This document shows positions 12,101-25,947 of a stretch of 64,000 nt of DNA, one piece after another. The notes beneath the pieces are model-generated. The model made no database searches. It saw only the letters and a list, made by a program, of their open reading frames with translations, and was not told the DNA's origin. Positions within the stretch are counted from its first letter, which is position 1. Each line of letters opens with the position of its first letter. The position numbers and the translations under genes were made by a program. Origin of the DNA: Takakia lepidozioides (taxonomy: Eukaryota > Plantae > Bryophyta); assembly GCA_030704615.1 (NCBI GenBank), contig CM060734.1:53320001-53384000 (forward strand), written 5' to 3'.

Positions 12101-14204
12101 TTGTCTGCCTGCCTTCTGTTTAGATGTCTTGTGATTTGTGCATTGCTAAAATTGTGGGACATTCCTCTGCAGGCACTGAACAACTTGGGAAGTGTCTACG
12201 TGGATTGTAGCCAATTCAAGCTTGCAGCAGATTGCTACGTAAGTGCTCTCAAGATCAGACATACACGTGCTCATCAGGGACTGGCTCGCGTACATGCATT
12301 GCAAGGTGATAGGAAATCTGCACACGAAGAAATGACAAGGCTTATTGAAAAAGCCCGTAACAATGCATCTGCATATGAGAAACGGTCTGAATATTGCGAA
12401 CGCGACATGACAATGGCAGACCTTAGCATGGTCACCCAGCTGGATCCACTCCGCACATATCCCTATAGGTACCGCGCTGCAGGCAAGTATCTGTTCCCTT
12501 CTGCTGGTCCTTGTAGTGGGTCAAACTTGCCCGAGGCAACTTTTTACTCCTCTTTTTACTCTTCAAAGCATCTTTGAGTGGCGTCCAGTTTCGTGTCACA
12601 TGCTTATGTAAGAGGAAAATGAAGTATGAAAGCTATCAAGGACTACTTCAAACATTTATGCCTTGTGGGATGCACACGGAAAGTGCTCGACCTATTGTTT
12701 ATGAGTATAAATGGGGTGAGTGAAAGGAGTAAACTGCTCAGAATTATCTGCTGCTTTGCACTGCCCCCACCTGATCCATGTGCAACTGTCGGTAAGTCAT
12801 TGGCAGGGGTTGGAAAGGGACATTGATCTCAGTTTTCCTTTTCTGTTATGCTTTTGAAAGCTAACGTTGTTGCAGTGTACTGCTGATACACTCATGGATG
12901 GAGGTGGATGCAAGTGCTCTGTCAGCAACATCAAGCTGAGACATTCAGCTTTGGAGCTGTAGTATCACAGGCTGTTGACGGGATATGGCAAAGCCGTCAG
13001 TCAATGACGCCTCTCACTTACTTTGCTGTTTGCCTGGAGTGCAGGGGCCACAGACAGTAGCAGTAACCAACAGACTTAGAAGTTAGTCCTTAGGATCCTT
13101 GGTGTGCTCTCTCTTCAAGGCAAATGCTATGTTGCCTTGCATTTGCAGCACGCCCTTGGTGCCAACAGAAGTACTAAACTCATTTTCAGTCTTCTGAAAC
13201 TGGATTGTGGATGGCTGCATTATTGCTGCCATACTGTTGTGTGGAGTTTAGACCTGAGTGGGACCAAATTTCATGTCTGGGTCTTGGAAGGTCGGTATCC
13301 CTTCAGCACTATGGCTTGGTTGCCCATCGTAGCCAAGGTCAACCCAGGACAGTCAAAAGTACATGTTGTAACTGCAACCAGAATGCTGTTGCGCTTGTAT
13401 AAGGTCCCATGATATCCCAAAAGATGGCATAGACTGTTGAGTGAACTCCGGGTGGTAAGGGCTGAGTCAAGTCTGTATGCTGAAGAATGCTGGCTCTTCA
13501 TGCTAGGTTTACCTGTATCTAAACCCAAGATAAAAGTTGAGTGTTGACGTTGATGGTTGCTGGACGTTTGCTTATGTGGCCAATCTTGAAGTGGACCACT
13601 TCCCTTGTCCTCTGCTTTTGACGAGGTTTCTGAGGGGTGGTGGATTAAGTGACTGATATATAAACATATCTTTTAGGGGTAGGATCCACAAGCAAGCTGT
13701 ACTGATGGACGTGAAGAGCAAGGGGTACTAGCAAAGTTCTGTTGAATATTATGAAAAAGCTTGTGCTATTCATGATTGTAACTTGACTTACTGGAGCTTA
13801 CACTTAGTTTGGTTCGACACCCTCTATTAGACTAGATGAATAGGAATGAAAAGGTTCGGTAAGCTCTGGAAAAGGATTGTGGAAGTCTCCCAAGTACTAG
13901 TTAGGGGTCCTCATCAAGTGTGTTTATGCAGCTTGTTCACTGCAAACTGGGATGTGGGGACTGATTTAAGGGTCTGGGTTCAGTGTTGATGGATGGCCGC
14001 AAGGAGAGGGAAGCAATCATGGAGCTGAGCAAGGCAATATCGTTTAAAGCTGATCTGCAACTGCTGCACCTACGTGCTGCCTTCCATGAGTGCAACGAGG
14101 ACTTGTATGGAGCACGTCGCGACTGTCGTGCTGCCCTCTCAGTGGACCCTACTCATCGGGAGACGTTGGAGTTGCATAATCGCGTGCACAGTCGGGAACC
14201 CTAA
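9112..14204 (+). CDS. ETO1: ETHYLENE-OVERPRODUCER1-like BTB-TPR protein. Exons ~9112-9257, 9689-11443, 11800-12091, 12173-12482, 13984-14204
   Basis: N-terminus MRSFRMADGCRSSQVHA resembles ETO1. BTB domain, then TPR motifs DLDPTLPYPYKYRAA, LYDRWSSVDDIGSL, ERLVYEGWILYDTGH and YPYRYRAAVLMD. Splice phases are consistent; the last intron is GC-AG. Confidence 0.95.
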
Positions 14205-14457
14205 TTTTGTGACTGACTGTTGCAGATCAAGGGGACCAAATTTGTGGTCCTTTTGGCAACCAACTGGAAAGCCATGAGGGGGAGTTGCCAAGGACCAAGT
14301 TTGGTCCCTTGTGATATATGTCCACCTCCCTTGCCATATATATTTAGTCCCCCCATTTCATTACAATAGCAAATGACCACCATTTGTTTGACGTTTGTGT
14401 ATTATGGGATGCAATCTAGATTCAATGGCCTAAAGCCATGGGAACAGGTATTACCTC

Positions 14458-14521
14458 AGTCTCTCAAACCAAGTCTCTCAAACCAAACCAGTCTCTCAAA
14501 CCAAACCAGTCTCTCAAACCT
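14458..14521. repeat. 18-bp tandem repeat (AGTCTCTCAAACCAAACC), about 3.5 copies
   Basis: Direct reading of the sequence. Confidence 0.85.
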
Positions 14522-16324
14522 GGGAAGTATTTTGCTTGACATTGGTTTTTGGTGTTCAATGGAAGTAAATGAATAGAATATCAAGCTAAATTACCCCAGA
14601 AATGAGCCAATGTGACTGCTAAAATTGAGTCAATGCCGGGGCAATGTTTATGAGTCATTGCAGTTTTCCCATTCTCCAAGCTTGCACTAGTAAAGTAGAT
14701 TATCCAGTGGGTCTCTTGCTGGGCAATGAAGCTCATGCAAGAGCTATGCCCATTAATGATCACTCCAGCCAGCGTGACACACATCTGTCTCCTCTGTTTA
14801 CTCTCACATCAGTCTCCTGAATTGGGTTCCGCAGGGCTGTTTCCAGTAGTCCGTTTGGCCAACATACCCTGCTGGGGAGATCTCATAGTCTCTTGCAGTG
14901 GCTTGAGATCAAGAGATGTGTGCACATGTACATGCTTGGGCACTATCTGGTCCCTTTGCTACCATAGTCCTGTATGAGCTGAGGTTTGTGCCAAAGTTGG
15001 TGATGAAATAGGACAGCTTTCAGCTGTCACCACATGAAGGGCCATTAACTAAGAGATGGAGTACAAGGGCCAGATGAGAATCAATCATGTGGTAAATGAG
15101 CTGTCTATGCCAGTTTGCAAGTGGAAAGTAAACGTCTGAGGAGTAAAATTCTGCAAGTCCATGGTGCAATTTCCAGGTGAGGGCTGAGACCAAAGTGTGA
15201 AAGAAGTAATCACAAGGAAGAAGTCAAATTGGCTTTGTCTTCTCAACACATGGCCTCTCCCACCAAACCTTCTTGTCCAGACTCGACTCTGCAGCTTCAG
15301 TGAATTTGCCACCACCCCACTATGCAGCCCGCAACTGTGTGAAGAAAAGGGAATGATAGATGTATTCTAGGTAACTGTGTATGACTTGACTTGCCCAGTC
15401 AAAGATTCCTTGTTCTAGCCGACCATGTTGATTCTAAATACTTGTCTATTACACACGAAGATAATAGGAATAATGTAAGAACTTAATGCACCCGTGCAAT
15501 CTCTGACAGGATGGTACGCCGGTTTCCGACATGTCAAATCTCCCCCACCCTCTAGTGACATGGAACTGAAGGAGTGTAAACTGTCGGGGTTACACTACGA
15601 GGTGTGTAACTCCACTCGGGGTTACATAGAATGGAGTGTAACTCCTCTCGGGGTCACTCACACCTGGTCTCGAAATTTGACTGTGTCCAAATTTGGTGAA
15701 GTATAAAATGGACTACCGGTTATCAACCATGGTATTGGAATTCAAGTGTGCCATAGAGGCTGATCGAGCCGCTTCCAAACCCTAGTCTAAGGGAGAATAG
15801 AGTATCTATCTCAAGGACGGAAAGATACTAGGAGGCTGCCAGTTGACAAGTGCGGCAAAAAACACAAGGGTCTCAAAAAAGCTACCGCTCTTTCGCTTGT
15901 ATGTTCTAAAAGCAAGCTGGGTCCTAGAGCGGGTTTTTCTAAAGGAACGCTGATGCCGCCAATCCACCTCGGACTCCTCTCCATCAGCAGGGGACTGATG
16001 CGCACTAAAGGAGCCCCCAGCCATGTGGAATGGTGTCGTTCCACCAAATTCTCTCAGCCTCCGCATCTCTAGAGCAAATGGTGCCTCCCTTGCCCCACGA
16101 GCTGTCAAACTGAGCGAGCAGTTGGTCCCTTCGACCGCTGCTACACCTGCAAATAACTTCCCTCAACACCCGCCAAGCCTTGGGGGCCTCAGACAAGAGG
16201 TCTGAGTGAACCAAACATAAAATCACCAAAAAAAAACCATAGTATCACAATAGCCAATACCAGCCGGGTCCGTGGTTGATACCTTGATTGATACCCGGCC
16301 AAAGCCAATATACCAGTCCAACAC

Positions 16325-16440
16325 CGGGTCAAGTCCCTAGCATGGAGAGGTTATTATGAAAGAGGTTATTTTCTCCTCTCACTATAACTAAGCCCTGATT
16401 TGTGAGCTGTCGCTCCCAGGTGTTTCCCTTTAAAAAAAAA
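16325..16440 (+). mobile_element. SINE, partial or diverged copy of the family at 42938-43145
   Basis: 3' part AGAGGTTATTTTCTCCTCTC...GATTTGTGAGCTGTCGCTCCCAGGTGTTTCCCTTT(A)n is nearly identical to 43059-43130. A B-box-like GGGTCAAGTCC sits at 16326. Confidence 0.75.
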
Positions 16441-16741
16441 GTAAAGCAAAAGGAAAGTGTTGGTGAGAGGGGCTGGCAAGGAGGCAGCGGAGCTGTCAAA
16501 GTGCAGGCGCTGCCGGCCAGCCAAGCAGGGCCAGTGTTGGTTGCTCAAACACTGCTGCCATCTCTTGCTCGCATCACTGCACTTATGCCAGTGTTTATTT
16601 TGCATGTGGGTGCTGTTGATTCTCTCTGACGTCTGGCTGTGAAGCTTGGATTGGCACTTGGGGTTGAGGCTCTGCAACAGGGGGTGTGATTGCTTGTGGG
16701 TAGTGTATGCTGTCCATGCTTGAGACGCAGACTACAAGCGC

Positions 16742-19700
16742 ATGGCAGCGGGAGGTTTTGCACAGGCGGAGAAGCATGTGGCGAATTTGTTCCTGCTGCC
16801 ATCCTTCCCGTTATGGCAACTTCTCATAGTGGCGTGCGTGCTGAGCTGGTTGGTGTTGGCGCGCTTTTACCTGCTTACCCAGCGCATTCGCTCGGCTGTG
16901 CAGCCCTTTGTTACGTCATGGGTAGAGAAGGGCATACCAATGGTCCTCAGAATTCAGGTGGGCTTTCTGTCTGTGTTGAATCTGGGAGAGGTTGTGTGAT
17001 GCATTCCGGAAAGGTGGGGTTCGCGTTACTACTTCTGGTGTTAGGGAATTCGTCACGTAGATGTCTTACAGTGAAGGGGATTGGCACCCAGTATTGAGGA
17101 TTTAGGAATGAGTCACAAGCAGGGGGTAGTTTGCCTTGGATTTATAGGCTTGTAATGAGCTGGTAACGTCTCAAAGAAGCAGTTGTTTGAGAAGTTGGGC
17201 TAGTTAACGGGGGTGCCACCTCCTCTATTGCCATTCTTCAGGAACAGCGGTATGTAGATGAGATAGACTTTTATGCAGGGTTCTACAAGTGCGTTGTATA
17301 GCTGCATAGCCCTTCCACATGTCAGAGTACCGATATCAACACACCTAGCTTTGCAGCGCTACCATTACCACTTGTGTCTGGAAAAGGTCGTGACTGATGA
17401 TTTAAGAAGCGTTTTTAAGTCTGTCCGTAATTTAGAAGAGGAATTGGCAGTGGATCTAAAAGACCGAGGTGTACAACCCTTCTTAACAAACTAGCTTTTC
17501 ACGCATCATTCACCACTTCAGTCATTTTTGAGCCCAGTGCTTCTGGCTTGTCTATCTGCTCCTACTTCATATTTTCTTTTTGATGCCTGAAGAACGATAC
17601 TTGAGTAATTTCGAGGGGATTCTGCCATGGGAAAGTTGCCATAGAGCCAGGAGCTGCTTGACGTTAATTGATTTTGGGCGTTTGTTGTCAATATTGCAGA
17701 AATGGGAGCATCCTCTTCTGGACATCCTTTTGGCTTCTATAGCAAGTGTAGTCTCAGTGGAGTTTTATACAGCGTTTCTTCCACTGCTTTTCTGGGTATT
17801 TTCCTGAGCAGTCGTGAAATGTTGCTGAGTTGTTTGTTTCCTTGATGACTGTATGTTGATGGGTGCCTTTGGTAATCCTAGTGTTGTGTACGAGCGAGTT
17901 TAGAAAAATATCAGAAATTTGAAATTCCAGAAATTCACCCTCTGATAGAGAAGATGTGGGTGTGATTTCCTTGAGTTTTAGCCTTCATCACAAATTTGCA
18001 TGAGCTCTTAAGACAGTGGCAAGTACTTCTGTCGGGAGGCACTCAGGGATAGGCTTTTGTGGGTGGGGCAGAGTGGGCACGTTAAGCTTGCAAGACAATT
18101 GACTGTGTTAATGGCGGTTTGCATCTATGTCGGCAACTGCATCAAGGTTTTGATCTCCTCCTCTCTTCTGCTCAGAACGCCAGCAATCAATCTGTCATGC
18201 TTCACTTTTTGAATATGGATTGGGCTTCTAAAAGCAAGGAGTGTTTGCATATAGCCGTTGTGGTGATACCTAAAGCCAATTTTAACGTGGGCCTGGTTCA
18301 GAGGAGGGCTAGCATAATCTGACCTGAAAATACAATACATACCCTGACTTCCGTCATCCAACTATTGGGTATATCTGTCTCAAAAATGGCTGTGTGTTGT
18401 TAGGCTGGTATTTTAAGTTCACTTTAAAGCAGCAGGTAGCAGTTCCTCACCGCATACTTGACGATATGCATCATTCACATTGAGGCTCACCATCTAGGAA
18501 AATTATCTACAGCCAGAGCAAGTGGAGTCACTGCCCCCAGCTGGTTTATCATCAGTTCAAAGGCAGTTTTACTATATATTCTGGCGTGCCAGCCACCTCT
18601 GCAGAATCTGGTGGCACAGACTAGTGCCTATTTCACCACTTTACATTGCCGGATGCCCATTAACTATTGCTCATCTCCATCCCTCCTCATGAGTGCTCTG
18701 ATGCATACTACTGATTGCAGTACTCCTTCAGATTTAGTTGCCTGTAGCTGCTATGTCCATGGGTTGGCATTGCTTGAAACAGCAAGTGACCATCTCGCAT
18801 AGGCGATCTGGTCAAGTGCTTCCTGTATGCAACCAGTAGAACCACTGTGTTTTGGTTTAGTGCAGCTTGTCCAGAAAGAGGATACGTGTTCATCAGACTT
18901 GATGTTCATGTAGAGGGTACCGGCCCTCAAACAGTCCAGTGTCTGACTCTTTGATTATAACACAGACCAATATGGTTTCAGCCAACCATCTGCTGGAAAC
19001 ACATGAATTATGCCTTGACAGCTTTCCTCGTCCATAAGAAAAAAGGGAAGGGATAAGGTGTTTCTAGAGAGTTGGTGGATTGACAAAGGATATGTTGCAG
19101 GACCTGGTCTGTGCTCCCAGGCCACCCTCTCCACCTGTCAGAAGATTACACTTTTCAGAGGGCGAAAAAGAGTCAGCCCAAGAGTATGGTCTACCTTCAT
19201 CACACAGCATCAACACAATTTGCTTGTCAGGGTACGCTGTACTGATCAGTTGCACTCTTCTTCGGTTCCTTACCACTGTTATCAGCCCTTGTAATCTGCA
19301 GTGTTTGCTGATCTTGGCGTCATGTGTATATATATATATTTGCAATTTTTCAAGTTTGGAAAATCTTAATTGATGTATGCTTTGGCAGGTATCTGCTTCA
19401 TTATCTTGTGAGGCACTTGGATGAAACAGCGAACTTTCCCATTTGGGTCCTTGCTACTCTTCTTGCAATGACTGTGCTCATGGTTCTTTTTGGTATGTCG
19501 ATTGGTTGCCCGGAACTCAGCCTCTCCAAATATTGCTCCTCAGTAGTAGACAGGTTGGGTAGAAGGAGGGATTGTTCTGGTGGAGCACGTTCTGGTTGTG
19601 AATTATTGCAACAGGTGGACATTATTATGGATGCAGCAAGCAGTGTGGATAATGCATGGATGACAGAGGGTTAGGAAGGAATCTTTTCTGGAAACTTGTT

Positions 19701-21436
19701 GTGCAGTTAGGTGAGTAACTGGGTCTTGGGATTCTACACTGTTGCTATCAGTCCCAGCATCACTGCAGGTGAACAAGGGGAAGGTGCAGGACTGATGAGG
19801 TCTATCGCTGTCCCTTGCAGTTTGATACCAAATGTATTGTTCACTCACTACATTCAATTATCTATTGTTTCCACAGGGAGAATATATTTAGGGATGCACA
19901 GCCCAGTAGATGTCATTGCAGGAGCTGTGATTGGAGGCAGTGTGTTACTTGGCTGGTGTATGGTTGATGAGTATGTGGATACCTTCATCACTGCTGGTGA
20001 AAACGGTAAACTACAGTGGCCATACCCTTTTTCTGGGACGTTTCAGCGGAGGTCTGTGTCTGGCACTATGGCATAGCTGTTCACTAGAAACCTTGGAACT
20101 GTCCATCATTTTGTGAAGAGACACATAGTATCAAATGAATGCTGGTCGAAGACTGCACACTTACACTCTTGCACTGGCATCTTCCACATCGAAAGCCAGT
20201 GTGCAATGTCATCTGCAGATTGGTTATTTGGAGGCATGTAGCATTGATATGAGATATTAAGCATACAGTGTACAAGCTACTTTCAAAGCTTTGCAAGTAG
20301 CATCCGGTTTTTGGTGTCAACAGGGTTAGAATGGTTGAGTCAATTTTGTAAGATTGTTGATGGGTCCAACCCTACCATGGCTTTACTGTCATTTGGGCTT
20401 AACAGAGTGCAGTCAGCCGAGGGATGTGTTCTTTTGTTGCTCTTGGAAGTTCTATGAACATATTTCACACCATCTGGATTCTAATTGTGCATTGTGTGTT
20501 GGATATTTGCATGGCAGTGGTATCATTCTGGGCGAGCATTGCTGTGCTGCTACTGTTTGCCTATCCAGCACCGGAGCTACGAACCCCCAGCTTTGAGTAC
20601 CACACAGCGTTCAATGGTGTTGTGTTGGGTGTGGTATGCTACATACTCTGCTTATTCAATTGCGCAGATTTTAGACTGATCTGTAGATCTTTCAGATTGG
20701 ATTTGACTAATGAGGTTGCTGTTAACCATTTCTGGTGCACTGCATTATAGGGGGTTTACTTTTGAGTGATAACTTACGGACAAGCCGCATTTATTTCCCA
20801 TCATGAGTCCTTTGTCTCAAGCTCTGCTGCTCAAGTTTCGTGCAACAGTAGTCTTATTTTGGAGGAAATGTGTGTCCAACCTATTGACCCCAGTGACTTT
20901 CTATGTCTCCACTTGAGTGCCCTTCATGATGACCATCGTTGCTTAAGACTGACTGATCTTACCATCTCATCATAGTGTACAAAGCACATTTCTCAACAAT
21001 GTGGGAACGTGGGGAAAGTTATAATTTGGCCAAGTTTCTGACCCACGGATATAACTCGCAGATATGTGGTGTAAATCAGACATACTCTCAGTACCATTCT
21101 AATGATGCACCGGTCATTCCCATGAGCACCTTGGTAGGAGTGATGGCGTTGATGCGGCGGTTGGTGGTTGGCTTGCCTGTTATTCTGGTTGCCAAAGCTG
21201 TGAGCAAAGCTTTAGCAATTCGGTTGCTTCCATTGGTTTGCAACATCATTGGGTTGCCTGCTCGGTCCTCCTACTATGTGGCTGATTTGAATGGTACAGA
21301 GACCCTGAAAATCTTTCGAGGTGGTGCTGGTGAAGTGATGGATGTTGACACAGGCATCCGGTTGGTGCAATATGCAGGGCTTGGCTGGGCAGTTGTGCAG
21401 TTGACACCCTTTGTCTTTGAATGCCTGGCATTGTAA
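16742..21436 (+). CDS. LPPD: Lipid phosphate phosphatase delta / sphingoid phosphate phosphatase (PAP2 family). About 8 exons: 16742-16957, 17700-17795, 18072-18146, 19101-19231, 19389-19491, 19877-20006, 20518-20633, 21062-21436
   Basis: Motifs KDLVCAPRPPSPPV, EYGLPSSH, GRIYLGMHSPVDV, PTPS-like RTPSFEYHTAFNGV, and DVDTGIRLVQYAGLGWAVV. GT-AG boundaries were found for each exon. Confidence 0.92.
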
Positions 21437-23023
21437 TCAGGCAACTCTGGTAACCCTTGTACTTTAGATCGACATACCTGGTGAGGAATACGGGCTCCCA
21501 TTTATGCTTCACTCTGGTACACCCTGAGATGAAGTTACAAAGCCCTTATTTGGCTTTTGTGGGCAACATCCACGAAGTCAAATTATGTATATTAGAGTCT
21601 CTTGAAAGAAATTTATTTTCCAATAAATCAGGGAGTCATGCGTCAATAGATCTCACATGAGATTGGGCAAGCCTTTCACAAGTTCTGATTCTTTGAAGAT
21701 CCTCCTTACAGCCTACTGGGTACTGTCTTTTCATGTGCCGACTACCTCTTAGTCTCCAAGGTGGAAAGCTCGCGGAAATGTGCTCTGCCATACATCTGCA
21801 CCTCACTGCTGGTAGAGTATTTGGTTTGCAGGCAAGATGAGATTTTGTAGGCTGATAAGAGAGGGAACTTGCGATCTATGAAATTATTTACATGGCAAAT
21901 AGTGTGTGGGTAATACTAGAGTGGGAAAATCACAAGGAGATGGTGTAAATGAGGCTGATTTAGACATTGACTTACCAAAGTTTGAACAGGGAGTAAACAT
22001 TTTTGTGGTGTCCTCTGGAGGAGGAATCAACAGTAAAACCTGGAAACGTGGCATTATTTGCAGAACAATTTACACAAATGGATTGAAGACAGCAAAAGGT
22101 CACACTAGTTCCTTGTTCCTTTTGACTGAAAGGTCTTGGTCAAACTGGATACTGGATACCCTGTCTCTTCACTTCACCGCTTCGACCTTTTGATAGCCCA
22201 AGTGCAGGCAACGGGTTTTCCTTTGACCCAACTCGGGTACATTACCCATGAATCCATGTGTGTAACTCCACTCTCGAGCACCTTTCAATCAACAATTGCT
22301 ATTGATCTTGGGAGATCTTTTTAAACCCTCAAACTCTTCCTCACCAACCATATTCGGAGTTCTGTCCGGAGACCGTCCTGGCACTTGTCACATGTCAAAT
22401 AGAACACGAATACTTAGGTGGGTCCCCAACAGGCTGATACATGATGGAGGGGGAGAGAGAGAAGGGACGGAATGGAGATATCCAGGGAAGTAGCTAATAA
22501 GGCCACATCCAATACTACAACGGTGGAGATTTGAGTTGAAAGGTGCATGACCATGGTATGGCGAGGGATGAGGTGGGAACCCTAAGAATGTCGCACGTCT
22601 TCAGCAGGTCTGGATTGGATCTGCGAATGCAATGCGTCATCTACGGTGTTTGGTTGGGCCTTCTGTCTCATATCCGAAGTTCGGGGGTTGGGTATGACTG
22701 TGCACCTTCAGGTGCTCGTGGGGATGCGCGGGAGCGGTCTGCGAGTGTTTGTGAACCTGTTTCTCGTCTTGGGTGGAGGTGCGAATACAGTATAGATTCG
22801 GGAGCCCTTTGGTATGGGACCTTGCAGTGGTAAGGCATGCATAGAACAAGTGCTATTCATGTGCGTGATTTCTGTGTGTACAGAGACGCTCCTGGTGTAG
22901 AAACAAGGCAATATCGTAGGTGCAAGGCGAGGCAACAGTTACCCAGGAATTTCCTGGACGACGCCCATTTTGAGTCACATTACTTTGGGTTCTGGGCGGC
23001 TCTGGTTGTAGTGAAGGACGGCA

Positions 23024-24001
23024 ATGTCTGGTGGGGCTAGTTTTCAGATTGGGTATGCATTGGCAGAGAAAAAGCAGCGCAGTTTTGTGCAGCCGTCGTT
23101 GATTGCACATGCAAAGAGCAAAGGGGTGAACCTGGTATGCGTCAACCTGCACAAGCCGCTTGAAGAGCAAGGACCCTTTGATGCCATATTGCATAAACTT
23201 AGCGGGGCAGATTGGAGCAAACAGCTTGCGCAGTACGAGGTGAGGCATCCAGGTGTGATAATTGTGGACGCACCCGAGGCTATTGAGAAACTACACAACC
23301 GGATCTCCATGCTGCGGGCCGTGGCCGACCTTCGCATTAGAGAGGATAATCGAGCAACTTGTGGCATCCCAAAGCAACGTGTGGTTGAAAAAAGTGAAAC
23401 CCTCAGCGATGCCAAAGTAATGGCTGATTTGAACTTCCCCGTGATTGCTAAACCCTTGGTGGCGGATGGGAGTGCGAAGTCGCATGCCATGTTTCTCATC
23501 TTCAATGCTCAAGGCCTCACAAAATTAAAACCTCCCATGGTACTCCAAGAGTTTGTGAATCACGGCGGAGTGATCTTCAAAGTGTATGTCGTGGGAGAAT
23601 ACATCAAATGCGTGAGAAGGAAATCACTTCCTGACGTAGACGAAGATCAGATGCAGAGCGCAGAGGCCCCTCTATCATTTTCACAAATTTCAAACATGGC
23701 TGCTGCAGGTCAGTCTGGAGCTTCAGTTGATGAGAATCTTTCAAAGGCTGAGCTACCGCCGCAAACATTCATTGATGATATTGCAAATGGGTTGAGGGAG
23801 GCACTTGGACTACGCCTGTTCAACTTTGATGTTATCAGAGACGTGAAAGCTGGGAACCATTATCACGTGATAGACATCAATTACTTCCCAGGATATGCCA
23901 AGATGCCTGCCTATGAAACTGTTCTTACCGACTTCTTTCTCCGCCTTGCCCAGGAGAAGGCTGGAGGCGCAGAAGCAGAGTCCTTGGCGGCCGCCTACTA
24001 G
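23024..24001 (+). CDS. ITPK1: Inositol-tetrakisphosphate 1-kinase (ATP-grasp), intronless
   Basis: 325-aa ORF with [51 protein letters not shown] and [13 protein letters not shown]. Confidence 0.96.
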   Translation: MSGGASFQIGYALAEKKQRSFVQPSLIAHAKSKGVNLVCVNLHKPLEEQGPFDAILHKLSGADWSKQLAQYEVRHPGVIIVDAPEAIEKLHNRISMLRAVADLRIREDNRATCGIPKQRVVEKSETLSDAKVMADLNFPVIAKPLVADGSAKSHAMFLIFNAQGLTKLKPPMVLQEFVNHGGVIFKVYVVGEYIKCVRRKSLPDVDEDQMQSAEAPLSFSQISNMAAAGQSGASVDENLSKAELPPQTFIDDIANGLREALGLRLFNFDVIRDVKAGNHYHVIDINYFPGYAKMPAYETVLTDFFLRLAQEKAGGAEAESLAAAY

Positions 24002-24132
24002 CTGTCTTTGGTCATGCATAACAGACAGGGGGGAGAAGGAATAACCAGCCACTGGATGTGCCGAGTGAAGCAGGTCAAGGCTTCAACAAACAGAGAGGCT
24101 GAAGGGCATAACCATCTGGCATCTCCTGTAGC

Positions 24133-24165
24133 TCTTGCCTTGCCTTGCCTTGCCTTGCCTTGCCT
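24133..24165. repeat. (TTGCC)n pentanucleotide microsatellite
   Basis: Direct reading of the sequence. Confidence 0.9.
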
Positions 24166-25947
24166 GCAAGTAATACTGCGGCTCTTATCAATGTGATGCT
24201 ACTCTTTGCTGTCTCATGACAGTCATCTCGATAGCTTCATGTTGCCATCGAAGCGGCTTCCTAGCGCTTGTAATCCATGGTATGATGTAGTTCTCCATTT
24301 ACTACCATTGCTGTGCTGTATGTGCCGTCAGCTTCCGAATCTGGGGCTTCTCAATCAATCTTATTTGGCTGTTGTCTCTTACCTTCTTTGTTGGATGGTT
24401 CACCCACCCCTCTCGGCCTCCATCTACTTTGGTGGTGTCTTTCATGGGCCAGATTTCACTGGAAGACCTTTAGTCAGTTCGGTTTTTGGCTGTGCCTAGG
24501 TTTCCTGAGTGAGCATCGTGTCAGCCCATCAGAGTCTATAGTGATGCTCTTAAGCACATGCGTAACTCAGAAATTGAGACATTCATAACTTGGAAGTTGA
24601 GTCTGCAAATCTTGGTCCATGAATCACGCACAGATTTCACCCGCTTGTCTCTGTGCTCCCAAGCCCTAGTAGAAATATTGCCAGTAACTGGGTGCTTGCT
24701 TGGGAATCTTGGGAGCCAGGTTTCTGTCCCGGACACACTTGTTGTGGATTGAGATAAGTATGTGAGGGGGTGGATGTTAAGGTATCCACTGTGGTTGTAG
24801 GTGGGGACGCATGTGACCTCGGGAAGTCATGAGCAAGAGGTGTTGGTGGTGCTTCTCTGAGTTTTGTGTGACCTCGCAGTTATGAGGTCAGACTGCTGTA
24901 GATGGGTCCTCAAGTCCTCTGACAAGTGGGACCCTGACTTGGTTTTGGAGCCACCCTGAGAAATTTGAAAGCTACCTCCGGTAGCCCATGGTAAAGAAAA
25001 CCCTTAAGGTAGTACACAATCTTTAGTTCACATCCTTGTTGATGGTCATCAATTGAGGTAGTGTAGAGGAGTATCCAGTACTGGTAATGTGATTTGCAAA
25101 TACCTCCTTTGAAGACAGTTTTGATTGTGGTTAGAAAAGTTTCTAGGTCTTTTGGGTGACTACTTTCCCTGCATGGCCCCACAGGTGCAAGGCTCCTACA
25201 GGACTGTCTCCTCTGCACCCTGCAGCCATCCAAAAAATTCAGGAGTTTGTTTTCAGTGACAGGCACAAAGTAGGAATCTCTAGTCATGGGACAGAATATT
25301 TGATGGACAAGTCTATCCAGAACTTTTGTGATCACATCAGCAGTTGTGCTATTTGTCGCATTCCCAACTTGCACCAAGACATCAGACATGTGCCTCAAAA
25401 CCCAGTGAAAGTGACAAGGGCTGGTCTTCCAATTTACTTGACTGATTGCATTCCAGATAGGGTGCATGTAGAATCCCACCATGTAAGTGGTCATGTTCCA
25501 ACCTGGTGTCCACGGCATATATGGAGAACCACTGATGAAAGACAAATTTTATTCACATTGGTGGAAACCATGCAGAGTGTCTGTTGTAATTTACTTGCTT
25601 GACAATAATAGCATATCTTTTCACCAAAAGTAACAAAAATTGGTACCCATAATCTTCACTACAGTACATTGAGTGCATGAGAAGATATGCCTATCCAGTT
25701 GCCCTGTACAACATGCATCAGCAAATGATCACTCTCTTCTATTTGAACCAACCTTGAAATTAGTAGGTCCATCAGGCTACAACCTCTATCTCATTTTTAG
25801 TATAAAAACACATGCAAAATTTGTCATTGAATGGTTTTGCACTTTTGATTGGCATAGAAAATCCATGAAAGGCATCCCATCTTGTTTCAAACTGTTGAGG
25901 AGTAATCGCCAATAGTAATACAAAACTCTGCATAAAGGAAGCCAACA

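Noticed and set aside
15800-16230. Possible gene fragment on the minus strand
   Set aside because: Several short overlapping ORFs with no motif I can identify.
24910-25602. ORFs of 211 and 148 aa with faint Copia-like words (YYLKGFLYHGL, ADVITK)
   Set aside because: The motifs are short and in the wrong order; too little to call a gene or an LTR element.
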